Assembly: GCA_963822965.1 (NCBI GenBank)
Contig: CAWGJT010000004.1
Span: 1-50,265 of the forward strand
Direction: 5' to 3'
Source: an uncultured delta proteobacterium
Lineage (GTDB): Bacteria > Myxococcota_A > UBA9160 > UBA4427
Length of the DNA stretch: 50,265 bases
A program made the translations under genes and the position numbers. The notes under the pieces were generated by a model that ran no database searches, was not told where the DNA came from, and saw nothing but the letters and a program-made list of their open reading frames with translations. This document shows, one piece after another, positions 20,765 through 30,636 of the stretch (the stretch's first letter is position 1; each line of letters begins with the position of its first letter).

Positions 20765-21929
20765 ATGCCGGGCTGGATCCATCTGGTTCGCTGGCTCGAT
20801 CTCGTCGACATCGGTGTGGTGTCCGTGTTCGGGTGGCTGGCCATCCGCTACCTGCGCCACACCCAGGCGCGCGCGGCGGTGGTGGGTCTGGCGCTGCTCT
20901 TCGCCACCTATGCGGCGGCGACCGCCCTCGACCTGAAGCTCACGGCGTCGCTCTTCCAGGCCTTCTTCGCGGTCGTGGTGATCGTGCTCGTCGTGGTGTT
21001 CCACGAGGATCTCCGGCGCTTCTTCGAGCAGCTCGGCAGCTGGGGCCCCTCCCACACCCTCGAGGTCGGGTGCCACCGACGTGATCGACGCGCTCGCCCG
21101 GGTGGCGACGACGCTCTCCGCCCAGCGAACGGGCGCGCTCATCGTGCTGCCCGGCCGCGAGCCGCTGGAACGCCACATCGAAGGCGGAATCCCCCTCGGC
21201 GGGCGCCTGAGCGAGCCGCTGCTCTTCTCGATCTTCGACGCGAGCTCCCCGGGGCACGACGGGGCGGTGATCGTGCGGGGGCACGTGGTCGAGCGCTTCG
21301 CCGCCCACCTGCCCCTGTCGGCGAACCACGAGGTGCTCGGAACGCGGGGCACGCGCCACGCGGCGGCGCTCGGCCTCTCCGAGCGCTGCGACGCGATCTG
21401 CATCGTGGTCTCGGAGGAGCGCGGCACGGTCTCGATCGCCCGGGCGGGTGAGCTGCGCACGCTGCGACGTCCCGAGGACCTGGCCGGCGAGCTGCGCGGC
21501 GCGGTGGGGGGCGGGCAGGAGGCCGAGCGGTGGTGGCGCCGGGGTGCCTTCCTGGACGCTGCGGCCGCCGTGGCGGGCGCAGTGGTGCTGTGGGTGATCT
21601 TCGTCCCCGGCTCCGACGTGACCGAAACCACCCTGCCCGCCACCGTCGAGATCACGAACCTGCCCTCGGACCTGGTGATGGAGTCGATCGATCCGCCCCA
21701 GGTGGAGGTGACGCTGCGCGGGCTCCGCCGCGACCTGCTGCTCGCCAATGCGGAGGACATCCGCGTGCAGGTGGACGCCTACCTGGCCCGCCTCGGGCGG
21801 CGCACGTTCTCGCTCGAGGAGAACGAGGTGAGGCGTCCCGACGGCCTGACGGTCATCGAAGTGGTGCCGGACAAGGTCCGTATCTCCGTGCAGGCCGCCC
21901 CGGTGCCGAACGAGGTGCCACCCGACTGA
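20765..21929 (+). CDS. Diadenylate cyclase (CdaA/DacA-like) fused to a TM helix and a YbbR/CdaR-like domain; frameshift near 21070
   Basis: N-terminal TM helices + VVFHEDLRRFFE; GALIV; SPGHDGAV; LPLS; GTRHAAALGLSE; IVVSEERG; then a TM helix and PATVEITNLP...PPQVEVTLRG...VVPDKVRI. Confidence 0.85.
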
Positions 21930-22269
21930 AGCCGGGCCGGGGCCCGGAGATCCCCGGCGAAGGGTCCGGTCGGTTCTTCGGCTACGATCCGAGGGTCGCG
22001 GCGTCGGCGGGCGCGATGGGCTTCGTCGCTTCGGCTTCGACAGCGGTGCATCTCCGACCCCGCAGACCCCGGAACCGGGGTTGGCAGGACGGCGTCGGAC
22101 ATCGCCCCCGGATCGATCCCGGCGGACGGAGGGTCTGTCCGCCGGCTCCTGGCTCTTGCTCCCGGCCCTTCCGACCGACACGCAGGACGCCGACCTCACG
22201 AAATGCATCCGGGTCCCCGGGCTTTGCTATACGCCGGACTCGGATCGGGGCTGTAGCGGAGATGCTCGA

Positions 22270-23664
22270 ATGAGCGAGCCGGACATCGAGACCCCGCGGC
22301 CGGACGCGCCGGACGAGCCCGCCTGGAGGCGGCTGGTCCAGCTCGCCGAAGCCGAAGATCCGACCGGTCTGATCGCCCACGTCGAGACGCTCTCCGACAT
22401 GGACCGCGTCCACGACTTCGCGCGCCTCTCGGCCGAGGAGCGCGGGCTCGTCCTGGCGCGGCTCTCGCCCGAGGACGCCGCCGAGGTCGTCGAGGCGCTC
22501 CCGCCCGCCTACGCGGCCGAGGCCTTCGAGGAGCTGCGTCCCGCGGACGCCGCCGACATCCTCGAAGAGCTGGCCAGCGACGACCAGGCCGACCTGCTGG
22601 CCCGCCTCGATCCGAAGGACGCCGAAGCGATCCTCTCCGAGGCCGAAGACGCCACGGCGAGCGCGGTTCGCGAGCTGCTGCAGTACGCACCCGACACCGC
22701 CGGTGGTCGCATGGTCACCGAGTTCGTCGCGGTGCCCGAGAGCGCCAGCGCGTCGGACGTCGTCGCCCAGATGCAGGCGAATGCGGAGCTCTACGCCGAC
22801 TACATCGTGCAGTACGTGTACGCGGTGAAGGAGAACGGCGGGCTTGCGGGGGTCGTTCCCCTGCGCGACCTGCTGCTGGCACCGCCCCGGCGTCTGGTGG
22901 CGACGCTGATGATCCCCGAGCCGGTGCGCGTGCTCGCGAGCGCCCGGATGGAGGAGCTCTTCGAGATCTTCGACAACAACGCCTTCCTGGCCGTGCCGGT
23001 GGTGGACGAGGAGAGCCGGCTGATCGGCGTGGTGCTGCGGGAGGACGTGGACGAAGCGCGGGTCGACCGCGCGGACTCCGACGCCCTGAAGGCCCGCGGC
23101 ATCGTCGGTGGCGAGGAGCTGCGCTCGCTGCCGCTGCTGCTGCGGTCGGGACGCCGGCTCGCGTGGCTCTCGATCAACATCGTGCTCAACGTGCTGGCGG
23201 CGAGCGTGATCGCCTTCTACGAGGACACCCTGCAGGCGGTGATCGCCCTGGCCGTCTTCCTGCCCATCATCTCGGACATGAGCGGCTGCTCGGGCAACCA
23301 GGCCGTGGCGGTGAGCCTGCGCGAGCTCTCCCTGGGCGTGACGCGTCCCTCGGAGGTCGGCCGGGTGCTCTTCAAGGAGTCTTCGGTCGGCCTCCTGAAC
23401 GGCGTCTCCCTGGGCGCCATGCTCGGCGGTCTCGCCTGGCTCTGGAAGGGGAGCGCGATGCTCGGGCTGGTGGTCGGGGGTGCGCTCGCCCTCAACACGC
23501 TCGTCGCCGTGTGCATCGGCGGCTCGGTTCCGCTGATCGTCCGGCGCCTCGGCTTCGATCCCGCCCTGGCGTCGGGACCCATGCTGACCACCGTCACCGA
23601 CCTGTGCGGCTTCTTCCTGGTCCTCTCCTTCGCGAGCCTGGCGCTCGCCCGGGCGGCGCTCTGA
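22270..23664 (+). CDS. mgtE: Magnesium transporter MgtE
   Basis: N-domain repeats, YAPDTAGGRM, CBS pair, RLAWL, FLPIISDMSGCSGNQ, DPALASGPMLTTVTD. Confidence 0.95.
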   Translation: MSEPDIETPRPDAPDEPAWRRLVQLAEAEDPTGLIAHVETLSDMDRVHDFARLSAEERGLVLARLSPEDAAEVVEALPPAYAAEAFEELRPADAADILEELASDDQADLLARLDPKDAEAILSEAEDATASAVRELLQYAPDTAGGRMVTEFVAVPESASASDVVAQMQANAELYADYIVQYVYAVKENGGLAGVVPLRDLLLAPPRRLVATLMIPEPVRVLASARMEELFEIFDNNAFLAVPVVDEESRLIGVVLREDVDEARVDRADSDALKARGIVGGEELRSLPLLLRSGRRLAWLSINIVLNVLAASVIAFYEDTLQAVIALAVFLPIISDMSGCSGNQAVAVSLRELSLGVTRPSEVGRVLFKESSVGLLNGVSLGAMLGGLAWLWKGSAMLGLVVGGALALNTLVAVCIGGSVPLIVRRLGFDPALASGPMLTTVTDLCGFFLVLSFASLALARAAL

Positions 23665-24842
23665 GCGGCCCGGCGGCAAGACTCGCCTCCGCGTCCCGGT
23701 TCCGGGCGTGGTGCACCGTCACGGCTCTGCTGCTGGCGGCGTCGGGAGCAGGTCCGGCCGGCGCCAGCGAAGGCGTGCCGGTGGTCTCCGATCCCTGGTG
23801 GCCGACCTTCGTGATGCTGGACGAAGAGGTGGCGCCGGGGGAGTCGAAGCGGTTGCAGCTGGTCGTGACGGAGACGTTGGAGGGCACGGCGCTCCCGCTT
23901 CCGGTCATCGTGCATCGCGGAATCGCTCCGGGTCCCACCCTGTGCCTCACGGCGGGCGTTCACGGAGACGAGGTGAACGGCGTCGAGGTGGTGCGCCGCA
24001 TCGCCGAAGAGACCCAGGCCTCGGAGCTGCGGGGGACGCTGATCTCGGTGCCGATCGTCAATCTGAGCGCGGTGCGACGGGGCTCGCGCTACCTGCCCGA
24101 CCGCCGCGACCTGAACCGCTACTTCCCGGGTCGTCCGGGGGGCAGCTCCGCCTCCCGCATCGCCTACCGCTTCTTCGAGAACGTGATCCGCCGCTGCGAC
24201 GCCCTGGTCGACCTCCACACGGGATCGTTCCACCGGAGCAACCTGCACCAGATCCGCGCGGACCTCAGCCAGCCCGCGGTGCTCAACCTGGCGCGGGGGC
24301 TCGGTGCGGAGATCGTCGTCCACAACCCCGGCCGCAAGGGCACCCTGCGTGGCGCGGCCGTGGATGCCGGTGTGCCGGCGGTCACCGTGGAGGCCGGGGA
24401 GCCGGCCCGCCTGTCGATGATGGAGGTACAGAAGAGTGTCGAGAGCATCCGGAGGCTGATGGTGCACCTGGGCATGGCGTCCGGGGAAGAGGCGCCGGAG
24501 CCCCCGCCGCAGACGCTCTACTACCGCTCGCTCTGGGTGCGCGCGGACGGCGGCGGGATCCTGGTGAGCGAGGTCGCCCTGGGGCAGAACGTCGTCCGGG
24601 GGGAGACGCTGGGGACCATCACGGACCCGCTCTCCTCGCGGCGCCACGTGCTGCGCGCTCCCGCGCCGGGGCGCGTGATCGGAATGGCCTTCGACCAGCT
24701 GGTCATGCCCGGCTTCGCGACCATCCACCTGGCCATTCCGAGCCGGGGCCTCCCCCGGGACACCGAGATCTCGCTCCACGACGAGGCGTCGGACGACGAG
24801 CCGTCCGTGCCGGAGAGCGATTTCGAGGAGCGTCCCGAGTGA
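23661..24842 (+). CDS. M14-type succinylglutamate desuccinylase/aspartoacylase family peptidase; probable signal peptide and acidic tail
   Basis: LCLTAGVHGDEVNG, RYLPDRRDLNRYFPG, VDLHTG, TVEAG, lipoyl-like C-terminal domain. The start is uncertain (CTG 23661 overlapping the mgtE stop). Confidence 0.88.
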   Translation: MSGPAARLASASRFRAWCTVTALLLAASGAGPAGASEGVPVVSDPWWPTFVMLDEEVAPGESKRLQLVVTETLEGTALPLPVIVHRGIAPGPTLCLTAGVHGDEVNGVEVVRRIAEETQASELRGTLISVPIVNLSAVRRGSRYLPDRRDLNRYFPGRPGGSSASRIAYRFFENVIRRCDALVDLHTGSFHRSNLHQIRADLSQPAVLNLARGLGAEIVVHNPGRKGTLRGAAVDAGVPAVTVEAGEPARLSMMEVQKSVESIRRLMVHLGMASGEEAPEPPPQTLYYRSLWVRADGGGILVSEVALGQNVVRGETLGTITDPLSSRRHVLRAPAPGRVIGMAFDQLVMPGFATIHLAIPSRGLPRDTEISLHDEASDDEPSVPESDFEERPE

Positions 24843-24888
24843 ACCTTCGACTGGCGCCCGCCGGGCGCTATGGCAGCCTCTTCGCCAC

Positions 24889-26466
24889 ATGACGCGCTCG
24901 ATCGCCATCCTGGGCGGAGCCCTCGTCGCCTTGGGCGGCGCCCTCTTCCTCATCAAGGTCGTGCTCCTCGACATGCCCATCCTGCCGTCGCGGGCGGAGA
25001 ACTCCTGGCGGGTGGAGCTGCAGGTGGACGTCCGCGCGACCGGGCAGCGGGGCAGCATCTCCGCGCGCCTGCCCCGATCCGACGCGCGCCAGGAGGTCTA
25101 CGACGAGCAGGTGACCGACGACGGGCTGCGCTTCGAGGTGCGCGACGTGGACGGCCAGCGGGTGGGGGTCTGGCGGGGCGACGTCCGCGGCGTCCGGCGC
25201 CTCTCCCACGGATTTCGCGTGCAGCTCGTCGCCTCTCCCAGCGCTTCCACCGGGCAGATCGAGGGGCCTCGTGCGAGCGAACACGCAGACTTCCTGGAGG
25301 AGGAGGCGGGCCTGCCCGTCGGATCCCCCGAACTCTACCAGGTGCTCGATCGGCTGCAGGCGTACGACAACGTCGACGCGCCGGCCCGCATGCGTCAGCT
25401 CTTCGGCTTCGTGGCGGACGAGATCGAGACCGTGCCCAGCGCGAGCCGCGACGCCCTGCTCACCCTGGCGGCGCGGGAGGGAAACGCCGCCGGCAAGGCC
25501 AGCCTGCTGGTCTCGCTGCTGCGGACCTCGCGGATTCCGGCCCGCGTGGCCGCCGGGCTGCGGCTCGGGCAGCCGCGGACCGAACGCGAGGTGGTGTTCG
25601 TCGAGGCGTTGATCGACGGGCAGTGGGTGCCGCTCTTTCCGTCGTCGTCCGAGATGGGGCGGCGGCCGCGCGACCTGCTGGTGCTGCGCACGGGAGGCGC
25701 GAGCCTGGTCGAGGCCGTCGGCATCGACGCGATCGAGTACCGCTACCGCGTGGTGCGGGAAGAGCTGCGGCCTTCGGAGCTGATGGCGCTCATGCTGCCG
25801 CCCGGCCGCATCCTCACGTCCGTCTCCCTCTACCGCCTGCCCGTGGCCACCCAGGAGGCCCTGCGCGTCCTGCTCGTGATTCCGCTCGCCGCGCTCCTCA
25901 TCGCGTTCTTCCGAAACGTGATCGGGGTGCAGACCTTCGGCACCTTCCTCCCGATCCTCGTCGCGCTGTCATTGCGCGGGGCCGGGCTGGCCACCGGCTT
26001 CGTGATGATCGCCGGCGTGCTCGTGGTCGGCATCGGCGGGCGCCTGCTGCTCGACCGCTTCCATCTGCTCTTCGTGCCCCGACTGTGCGTCCTGCTCTGC
26101 GTCGTGATCCTGCTCATCGTCTCCTTCACGTTGATGGGCTACGGCTTCCAGAACCGGGACGCGCTGATGGGCGTGCTCTTTCCCATCGTGGTGCTCACCA
26201 TGTTGATCGAGCGCTTCTCGATCCAGCTGGCCGAGGAGGGAGCGCGCTCGGCGGTCGAGAAGCTGATGACGACGACGGTGGTGATCCTGTGCGCCTACCC
26301 GCTCTTCGAGATCCACGCGGTCTCGCACCTGATGTTCGGCTTCCCCGAGCTGATCCTGTGCGTGATGGGCCTGCTGGTGCTGATCGGCGGCTACACGGGC
26401 TATCGCGCCATGGAGATCTTCCGCTTCCGTGCGTTGGCCGCCTTGTCGCGGGGGGTGGACGCGTGA
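24889..26466 (+). CDS. Inactive transglutaminase fused to a 7TM domain
   Basis: WRVELQV N-domain; LLRTSRIPARVAAGL transglutaminase core with GNA in place of the catalytic Cys; SLYRLP; FRNVIGVQTFGTFLP; LLFVPRL; FPIVVLTMLIER; GGYTGYR. Confidence 0.88.
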   Translation: MTRSIAILGGALVALGGALFLIKVVLLDMPILPSRAENSWRVELQVDVRATGQRGSISARLPRSDARQEVYDEQVTDDGLRFEVRDVDGQRVGVWRGDVRGVRRLSHGFRVQLVASPSASTGQIEGPRASEHADFLEEEAGLPVGSPELYQVLDRLQAYDNVDAPARMRQLFGFVADEIETVPSASRDALLTLAAREGNAAGKASLLVSLLRTSRIPARVAAGLRLGQPRTEREVVFVEALIDGQWVPLFPSSSEMGRRPRDLLVLRTGGASLVEAVGIDAIEYRYRVVREELRPSELMALMLPPGRILTSVSLYRLPVATQEALRVLLVIPLAALLIAFFRNVIGVQTFGTFLPILVALSLRGAGLATGFVMIAGVLVVGIGGRLLLDRFHLLFVPRLCVLLCVVILLIVSFTLMGYGFQNRDALMGVLFPIVVLTMLIERFSIQLAEEGARSAVEKLMTTTVVILCAYPLFEIHAVSHLMFGFPELILCVMGLLVLIGGYTGYRAMEIFRFRALAALSRGVDA

Positions 26467-27437
26467 AGCTCTTGCGGGCCCTCGGCCTTCCCTTCCAGAC
26501 CATTCGCGCGCTGCACCGGGCCGGCGTGCTGGGGATGAACGACCGCAACCACCACTACACCCTGCGCTGGAACCCGCGCTCCCGCTACCCGCTGGTGGAC
26601 GACAAGCTGCAGACGAAGCTGCTGTGCGAGCGGGCCGGCATCCCCACGGCCCGGGTGCTGGCAGTGGCACGCTTCCAGGCCGACACGAGGCGGCTCCTGG
26701 AAGAGGTCGACGCCATGCCCGACTTCGTGCTGAAGCCGGCCCGGGGCGCCATGGGCAACGGCATCCTCGTCGTCCGCCGCCGCGAAGGTGACCGCTACGT
26801 GCTGGCGGGGGGCGCCGTGGTGGACCGTGCGGCCCTGGCGTATCACGTCTCGAGTACTCTTTCCGGCATGTTCGCCCTCGGTGGCAACCCGGACGTGGCA
26901 TTCGCCGAGGAGCGTCTGATCGTGCATCCGGATCTCGCCCGGATCGCCACCGACGGGGTTCCCGACCTGCGCGTCGTCGTCTTCCGCGGTGTTCCCGTCA
27001 TGGCCATGACGCGTTTGCCGACGCGGCGCTCGAAGGGGCGCGCGAACCTCCACCAGGGGGCGGTCGGTGCGGGCGTCGACATCGCGACGGGACGCACCAG
27101 CCACGCCGTCATGGAGGGTCGACTCATGGAACGCCATCCCGACAGCGGCGAGCCGGTCGTCGACCTGCCGATTCCCGACTTCGACGTGGCGCTCGAGATC
27201 GCCGTCCGCGCGGCATCCGAGACGGGGCTCGGCTACGTCGGCGCCGACGTGGTGGTCGACGCCCGCTACGGTGCGTTGATCCTCGAGCTGAACGCCCGCC
27301 CCGGGCTCGCGATCCAGATCGCGAACCACAAGGGGCTGTTGCCGCGCCTGAAGGCTCTCGAAGGCCGGCGCGACCTGGCCGATCTCGCGCTGAAGGAGAG
27401 GATCGCCCTGGGGCAGGAGCTGGCCCGGTGCGCCTGA
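26463..27437 (+). CDS. Alpha-L-glutamate ligase-like ATP-grasp protein (RimK-related)
   Basis: GVLGMNDRN..Y..RWNPRSRYPLVDDKL.TK, FVLKPARGAMGNGI, GVPDLRV, MAMTRLPT..SKGRANLHQGA, GYVGAD, LELNARPGLAIQIAN. The GTG overlaps the upstream TGA. Confidence 0.92.
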   Translation: MKLLRALGLPFQTIRALHRAGVLGMNDRNHHYTLRWNPRSRYPLVDDKLQTKLLCERAGIPTARVLAVARFQADTRRLLEEVDAMPDFVLKPARGAMGNGILVVRRREGDRYVLAGGAVVDRAALAYHVSSTLSGMFALGGNPDVAFAEERLIVHPDLARIATDGVPDLRVVVFRGVPVMAMTRLPTRRSKGRANLHQGAVGAGVDIATGRTSHAVMEGRLMERHPDSGEPVVDLPIPDFDVALEIAVRAASETGLGYVGADVVVDARYGALILELNARPGLAIQIANHKGLLPRLKALEGRRDLADLALKERIALGQELARCA

Positions 27438-28717
27438 AGCGAAGCGTCGTCGCGCGCGGCCTGGCCGCCGCCCTGCTGCTGGTTGGCACCACGGTCGCGG
27501 TCGCCGAGGAGCCGGCGGGTCCCGCGCCGGCGCCGGAGTCGGAGATTCCGGTCTACAACGTGGACTTCGAGGCGCGGGTGGTCCCCACCGAACGCGCCAT
27601 CCGGATGACCATCCGCCTGGGCGCCGGCGCGTCGGCGGTGGAGTGGATGCGCTTCCGTATCGATCCGGGCCGGCATCGGGACTTCACCGGAGACGGCAAG
27701 ATCACCGTCGAAGAAGGCAACGTGGAGTGGGTGCCGCCGCGCAACGGCGGCGAGCTGCACTACGTGTTCTCCATCGACCACCTACGCAACGCGCGCAGCT
27801 ACGACGCGCGCTGTGCGAATCGGTGGGCGATCTTCCGAGGCGGCGACATGGTGCCTCCGGCGAGGGTTCGCACGGATCCCGTCGCCCGATCGCGCTCGCG
27901 CCTGCACCTGCAGCTTCCCGAGGGCTGGTCCGCCGCGCTTCCCTACCGCCGCACGACCCGCGGCTACTACCCCGTGCAGCACCCCTCGCGGCACTTCGAC
28001 CGGCCGACCGGTTGGATGGTGCTCGGGCGCATCGGCGTGATGCGCGAGGAGATCTCGGACATGCGCGTGGTGGTGGCCGGACCCGCGGGCCATCATCTCC
28101 GCCGCATGGACCTGCTGACGCTCCTGCGTTGGAACCTGCCGACGGTGCGCGCCCTGTTCGGCGACCTGCCGTCGCGCTTCCTGGTGGTCGGTGCAGGCGA
28201 TCCCATGTGGCGCGGCGGTCTCTCGGGACCGGAGTCGGTCTTCGTCCATGCGGACCGGCCGCTGATCGACGAGAACGCCTCGAGTCCCCTGCTCCACGAG
28301 CTGGTGCACTCGCTCATGCGCGGCGTTCCCGGGAAGGGCGCCGACTGGATCGCCGAAGGCTTCGCGGAGCTCTACTCGGTGGAGATCCTCCGCCGCTCGA
28401 ATTCGATCAGCGAGAGTCGCTACCAGATCGCGCTGGAGGAGATCAGCGAGCGCGCCGCCAAGGGCGGCGAGCTACGGGCCGCGTCGGTGCAGGGAGACAC
28501 GACCGCCAAGGCCGCCCTGACCCTGCGGATCCTCGACGAGGAGATCCGCGACTCGACCCAGGGTGCCAGGAGCCTCGACGACGTGCTTCGCGGCCTGGCG
28601 AGCCAGCGCGGGACCTACACGACGAGCACCCTGCAGGGAATCGCCGAAGAGGTCGCCGGTCACAGTCTGCAGGCCTTCTTCGAGAAGCACGTCCCCGCGC
28701 TCCCGCCGAAGCCCTGA
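27428..28717 (+). CDS. Secreted gluzincin-type metallopeptidase-like protein (M61/M1-like)
   Basis: Signal peptide; MWRGGLSG; LLHELVH..(12 aa)..WIAEGFAELY; SLDDVLR. Confidence 0.72.
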   Translation: MRLKRSVVARGLAAALLLVGTTVAVAEEPAGPAPAPESEIPVYNVDFEARVVPTERAIRMTIRLGAGASAVEWMRFRIDPGRHRDFTGDGKITVEEGNVEWVPPRNGGELHYVFSIDHLRNARSYDARCANRWAIFRGGDMVPPARVRTDPVARSRSRLHLQLPEGWSAALPYRRTTRGYYPVQHPSRHFDRPTGWMVLGRIGVMREEISDMRVVVAGPAGHHLRRMDLLTLLRWNLPTVRALFGDLPSRFLVVGAGDPMWRGGLSGPESVFVHADRPLIDENASSPLLHELVHSLMRGVPGKGADWIAEGFAELYSVEILRRSNSISESRYQIALEEISERAAKGGELRAASVQGDTTAKAALTLRILDEEIRDSTQGARSLDDVLRGLASQRGTYTTSTLQGIAEEVAGHSLQAFFEKHVPALPPKP

Positions 28718-28759
28718 GACCCGGGGAATCCCGCCGGGTGCGTCTCCCGGCCCGCATCC

Positions 28760-30478
28760 CTACGCCGCGGTGGCGGGCGGCGGATCGTTCTTCTCCGACT
28801 CGGCCAGCAGCTCCCGGACCTCGTCGGCGGTGTGCGCCGCGAGGAGCCCGCCGCGCAGCCCGGCGAGCTCCTCGAGGGAGAGGCGCGTCACCAGCTCGGT
28901 CAGCCCGGCGTAGTCCAGCCGGGAGACGCTCAGCCGGCGGCAGCCGATGGCCAGCAGCGCCCGGGTGAGGGACGGGTCGCCCGCCAGCTCGCCGCAGACG
29001 CTCGCCGGCTTCCCCGCCGCCTCGGCCGCCTCGAACACGGCGGCCACCAGGCGAAGAACCGCCGGCTGCAGGGCGTCGTGGTACGACTCGACCAGCTCGT
29101 CCTCGCGGTCGGCCGCCATCAGGTACTGGGTGAGGTCGTTGAGTCCGACGGAGACGACGTCGACCCGTTCCAGGATCTCCCGGATGCAGAGGGCCGCGGC
29201 GGGCACCTCGATCATGGCGCCCAGCTGGAAGGGAAGCGCCGCACCCCTGCCCCCGCAGATGCGATGCAGCCTCTCGACCACGCGCGAGAGCGTATCGACG
29301 GTGTCCACCATGGGCACGAGCAGCGCCACGGGATGTCGCGAGGCCACCCGGGCGATGGCGCGCACCTGGGGCTCGAGGATGTCCGGACGTTGCAGGAGCA
29401 GCCGCACGCCGCGGATCCCCAGGCTGGGATTGCGGCCGCCGGGCAGATCCGCGTACTCCGGGCACTTGTCGGCGCCGAAGTCCGCGAGCCGGATGTAGAG
29501 ATCCCCGCCTTCGACCTGGCGCGCCACCGTCTCGCAGGCGGTCTCGATCTCGTCTTCGCTGGGCCAGCGGCCGTGGTCCATGTAGATGAACTCGGTGCGG
29601 AAGAGGCCCACTCCCGCGGCTCCGAGGAGGGGAACGGACGCCGCCTCCAGCGGATCGCTGACGTTGAGCGATACCCGGATGCGCGCGCCGTCCCGGGTGA
29701 CGGGCTGCATCGGCGTGGGAGCCGGCGCGGTCGCGCGGGCCAGGGCCTCGCGCAGCAGCGCCACCGCCTCGGTCTGGCCCTCCTCCGTGCCCCGCTCGAC
29801 GACCACGAGCCCCTGCTGCCCGTCGAGAAGGACCACATCGCCCTCGGCGATGGCCGGCGAGTCGATTCCCGTCACCAGCGGTACGCCCAGGGAGCGGGCC
29901 AGGATCGCCGTGTGTGACTTGGCGCCGCAGGTCCGGGTCACCGCCGCACACGCGCCCCGGTGCACGAAGTGCATCAGCTCGGAAGGCGTCAACGTCTCCG
30001 CGACGAGCACCGCTGCCCGGCGGGGCCCGTCGGGGCTCGCGCTCTCGGGATCGAGGCAACGCACGAGCCGGTGACCGATGTCGAGCACGTCGAGCGCCCG
30101 GTCGCGAACCATCGAGCTGGCGCTGCCGGAGAGCTCGCGCTCGAGCAGGGAGACCGCCTCGGCGACGGCCGCCTCGGCGGAGAGGCCCTGGTCGAGGCTC
30201 TCGTCGATCCGCTCGAGCAGCAGCGGGTCGTCCATCATGTGGGCGTGGGCGCGGAAGATCTGCGAATCGCCGTGGCGTCCGCTCTCCGCGAGGCGGCCCG
30301 TCATCCGTTCGAGCTGGGCCCGGGCGCGCGCCAACGCGGCGCGCAGCCGCTCGCGTTCGTGCTCCGCGTCCTCGATCGGGAGCACGCGGCTCGCGTCGTG
30401 GATCCAATCGCTCGCGTCGAGCAGGTGCGCGCTGCCCTCGAAGACGCCGGGGCTCACGCTTCGCCCTCTCAGGATCAT
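28760..30478 (-). CDS. ptsI: Phosphoenolpyruvate-protein phosphotransferase (PTS enzyme I)
   Basis: IFRAH..MMDD, KSHTAILARSLG (phospho-His), GVGLFRTE, NPSLGIRGVR, MIEVP, NDLTQY, SVCGE. No GAF or HPr domain. Confidence 0.9.
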   Translation of the reverse strand: MILRGRSVSPGVFEGSAHLLDASDWIHDASRVLPIEDAEHERERLRAALARARAQLERMTGRLAESGRHGDSQIFRAHAHMMDDPLLLERIDESLDQGLSAEAAVAEAVSLLERELSGSASSMVRDRALDVLDIGHRLVRCLDPESASPDGPRRAAVLVAETLTPSELMHFVHRGACAAVTRTCGAKSHTAILARSLGVPLVTGIDSPAIAEGDVVLLDGQQGLVVVERGTEEGQTEAVALLREALARATAPAPTPMQPVTRDGARIRVSLNVSDPLEAASVPLLGAAGVGLFRTEFIYMDHGRWPSEDEIETACETVARQVEGGDLYIRLADFGADKCPEYADLPGGRNPSLGIRGVRLLLQRPDILEPQVRAIARVASRHPVALLVPMVDTVDTLSRVVERLHRICGGRGAALPFQLGAMIEVPAAALCIREILERVDVVSVGLNDLTQYLMAADREDELVESYHDALQPAVLRLVAAVFEAAEAAGKPASVCGELAGDPSLTRALLAIGCRRLSVSRLDYAGLTELVTRLSLEELAGLRGGLLAAHTADEVRELLAESEKNDPPPATAA

Positions 30479-30554
30479 CGTCGCCCCCTCCCGGACCGGG
30501 GCGGTAGCGTACCGGAAGCGTTGCCGCCGCGCGGAGCCAGCGCGCGCCGAAGCC

Positions 30555-30583
30555 TTGACAGTCGAAGGCGACGCCTGGAACCT
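30555..30583 (+). promoter_or_regulatory. Possible sigma70 promoter for the 30637 operon
   Basis: TTGACA-17 nt-GAACCT; the -10 element is imperfect. Confidence 0.35.
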
Positions 30584-30636
30584 CGACCGAGCCGGTCGGA
30601 TCGTCTCCTTGCGGGCCGCCGGCAGGGAAGCTCCGC

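Noticed and set aside
21930..22269. Mg2+ (M-box) or c-di-AMP riboswitch upstream of mgtE
   Set aside because: I could not recognise conserved ykoK or ydaO motifs; there is only a possible -10 (TGCTATAC) near 22225.
26463..27437. Graspetide (RiPP) ATP-grasp ligase
   Set aside because: The motifs match the alpha-L-glutamate ligase-like family partnered with the 7TM transglutaminase, and no precursor is visible.
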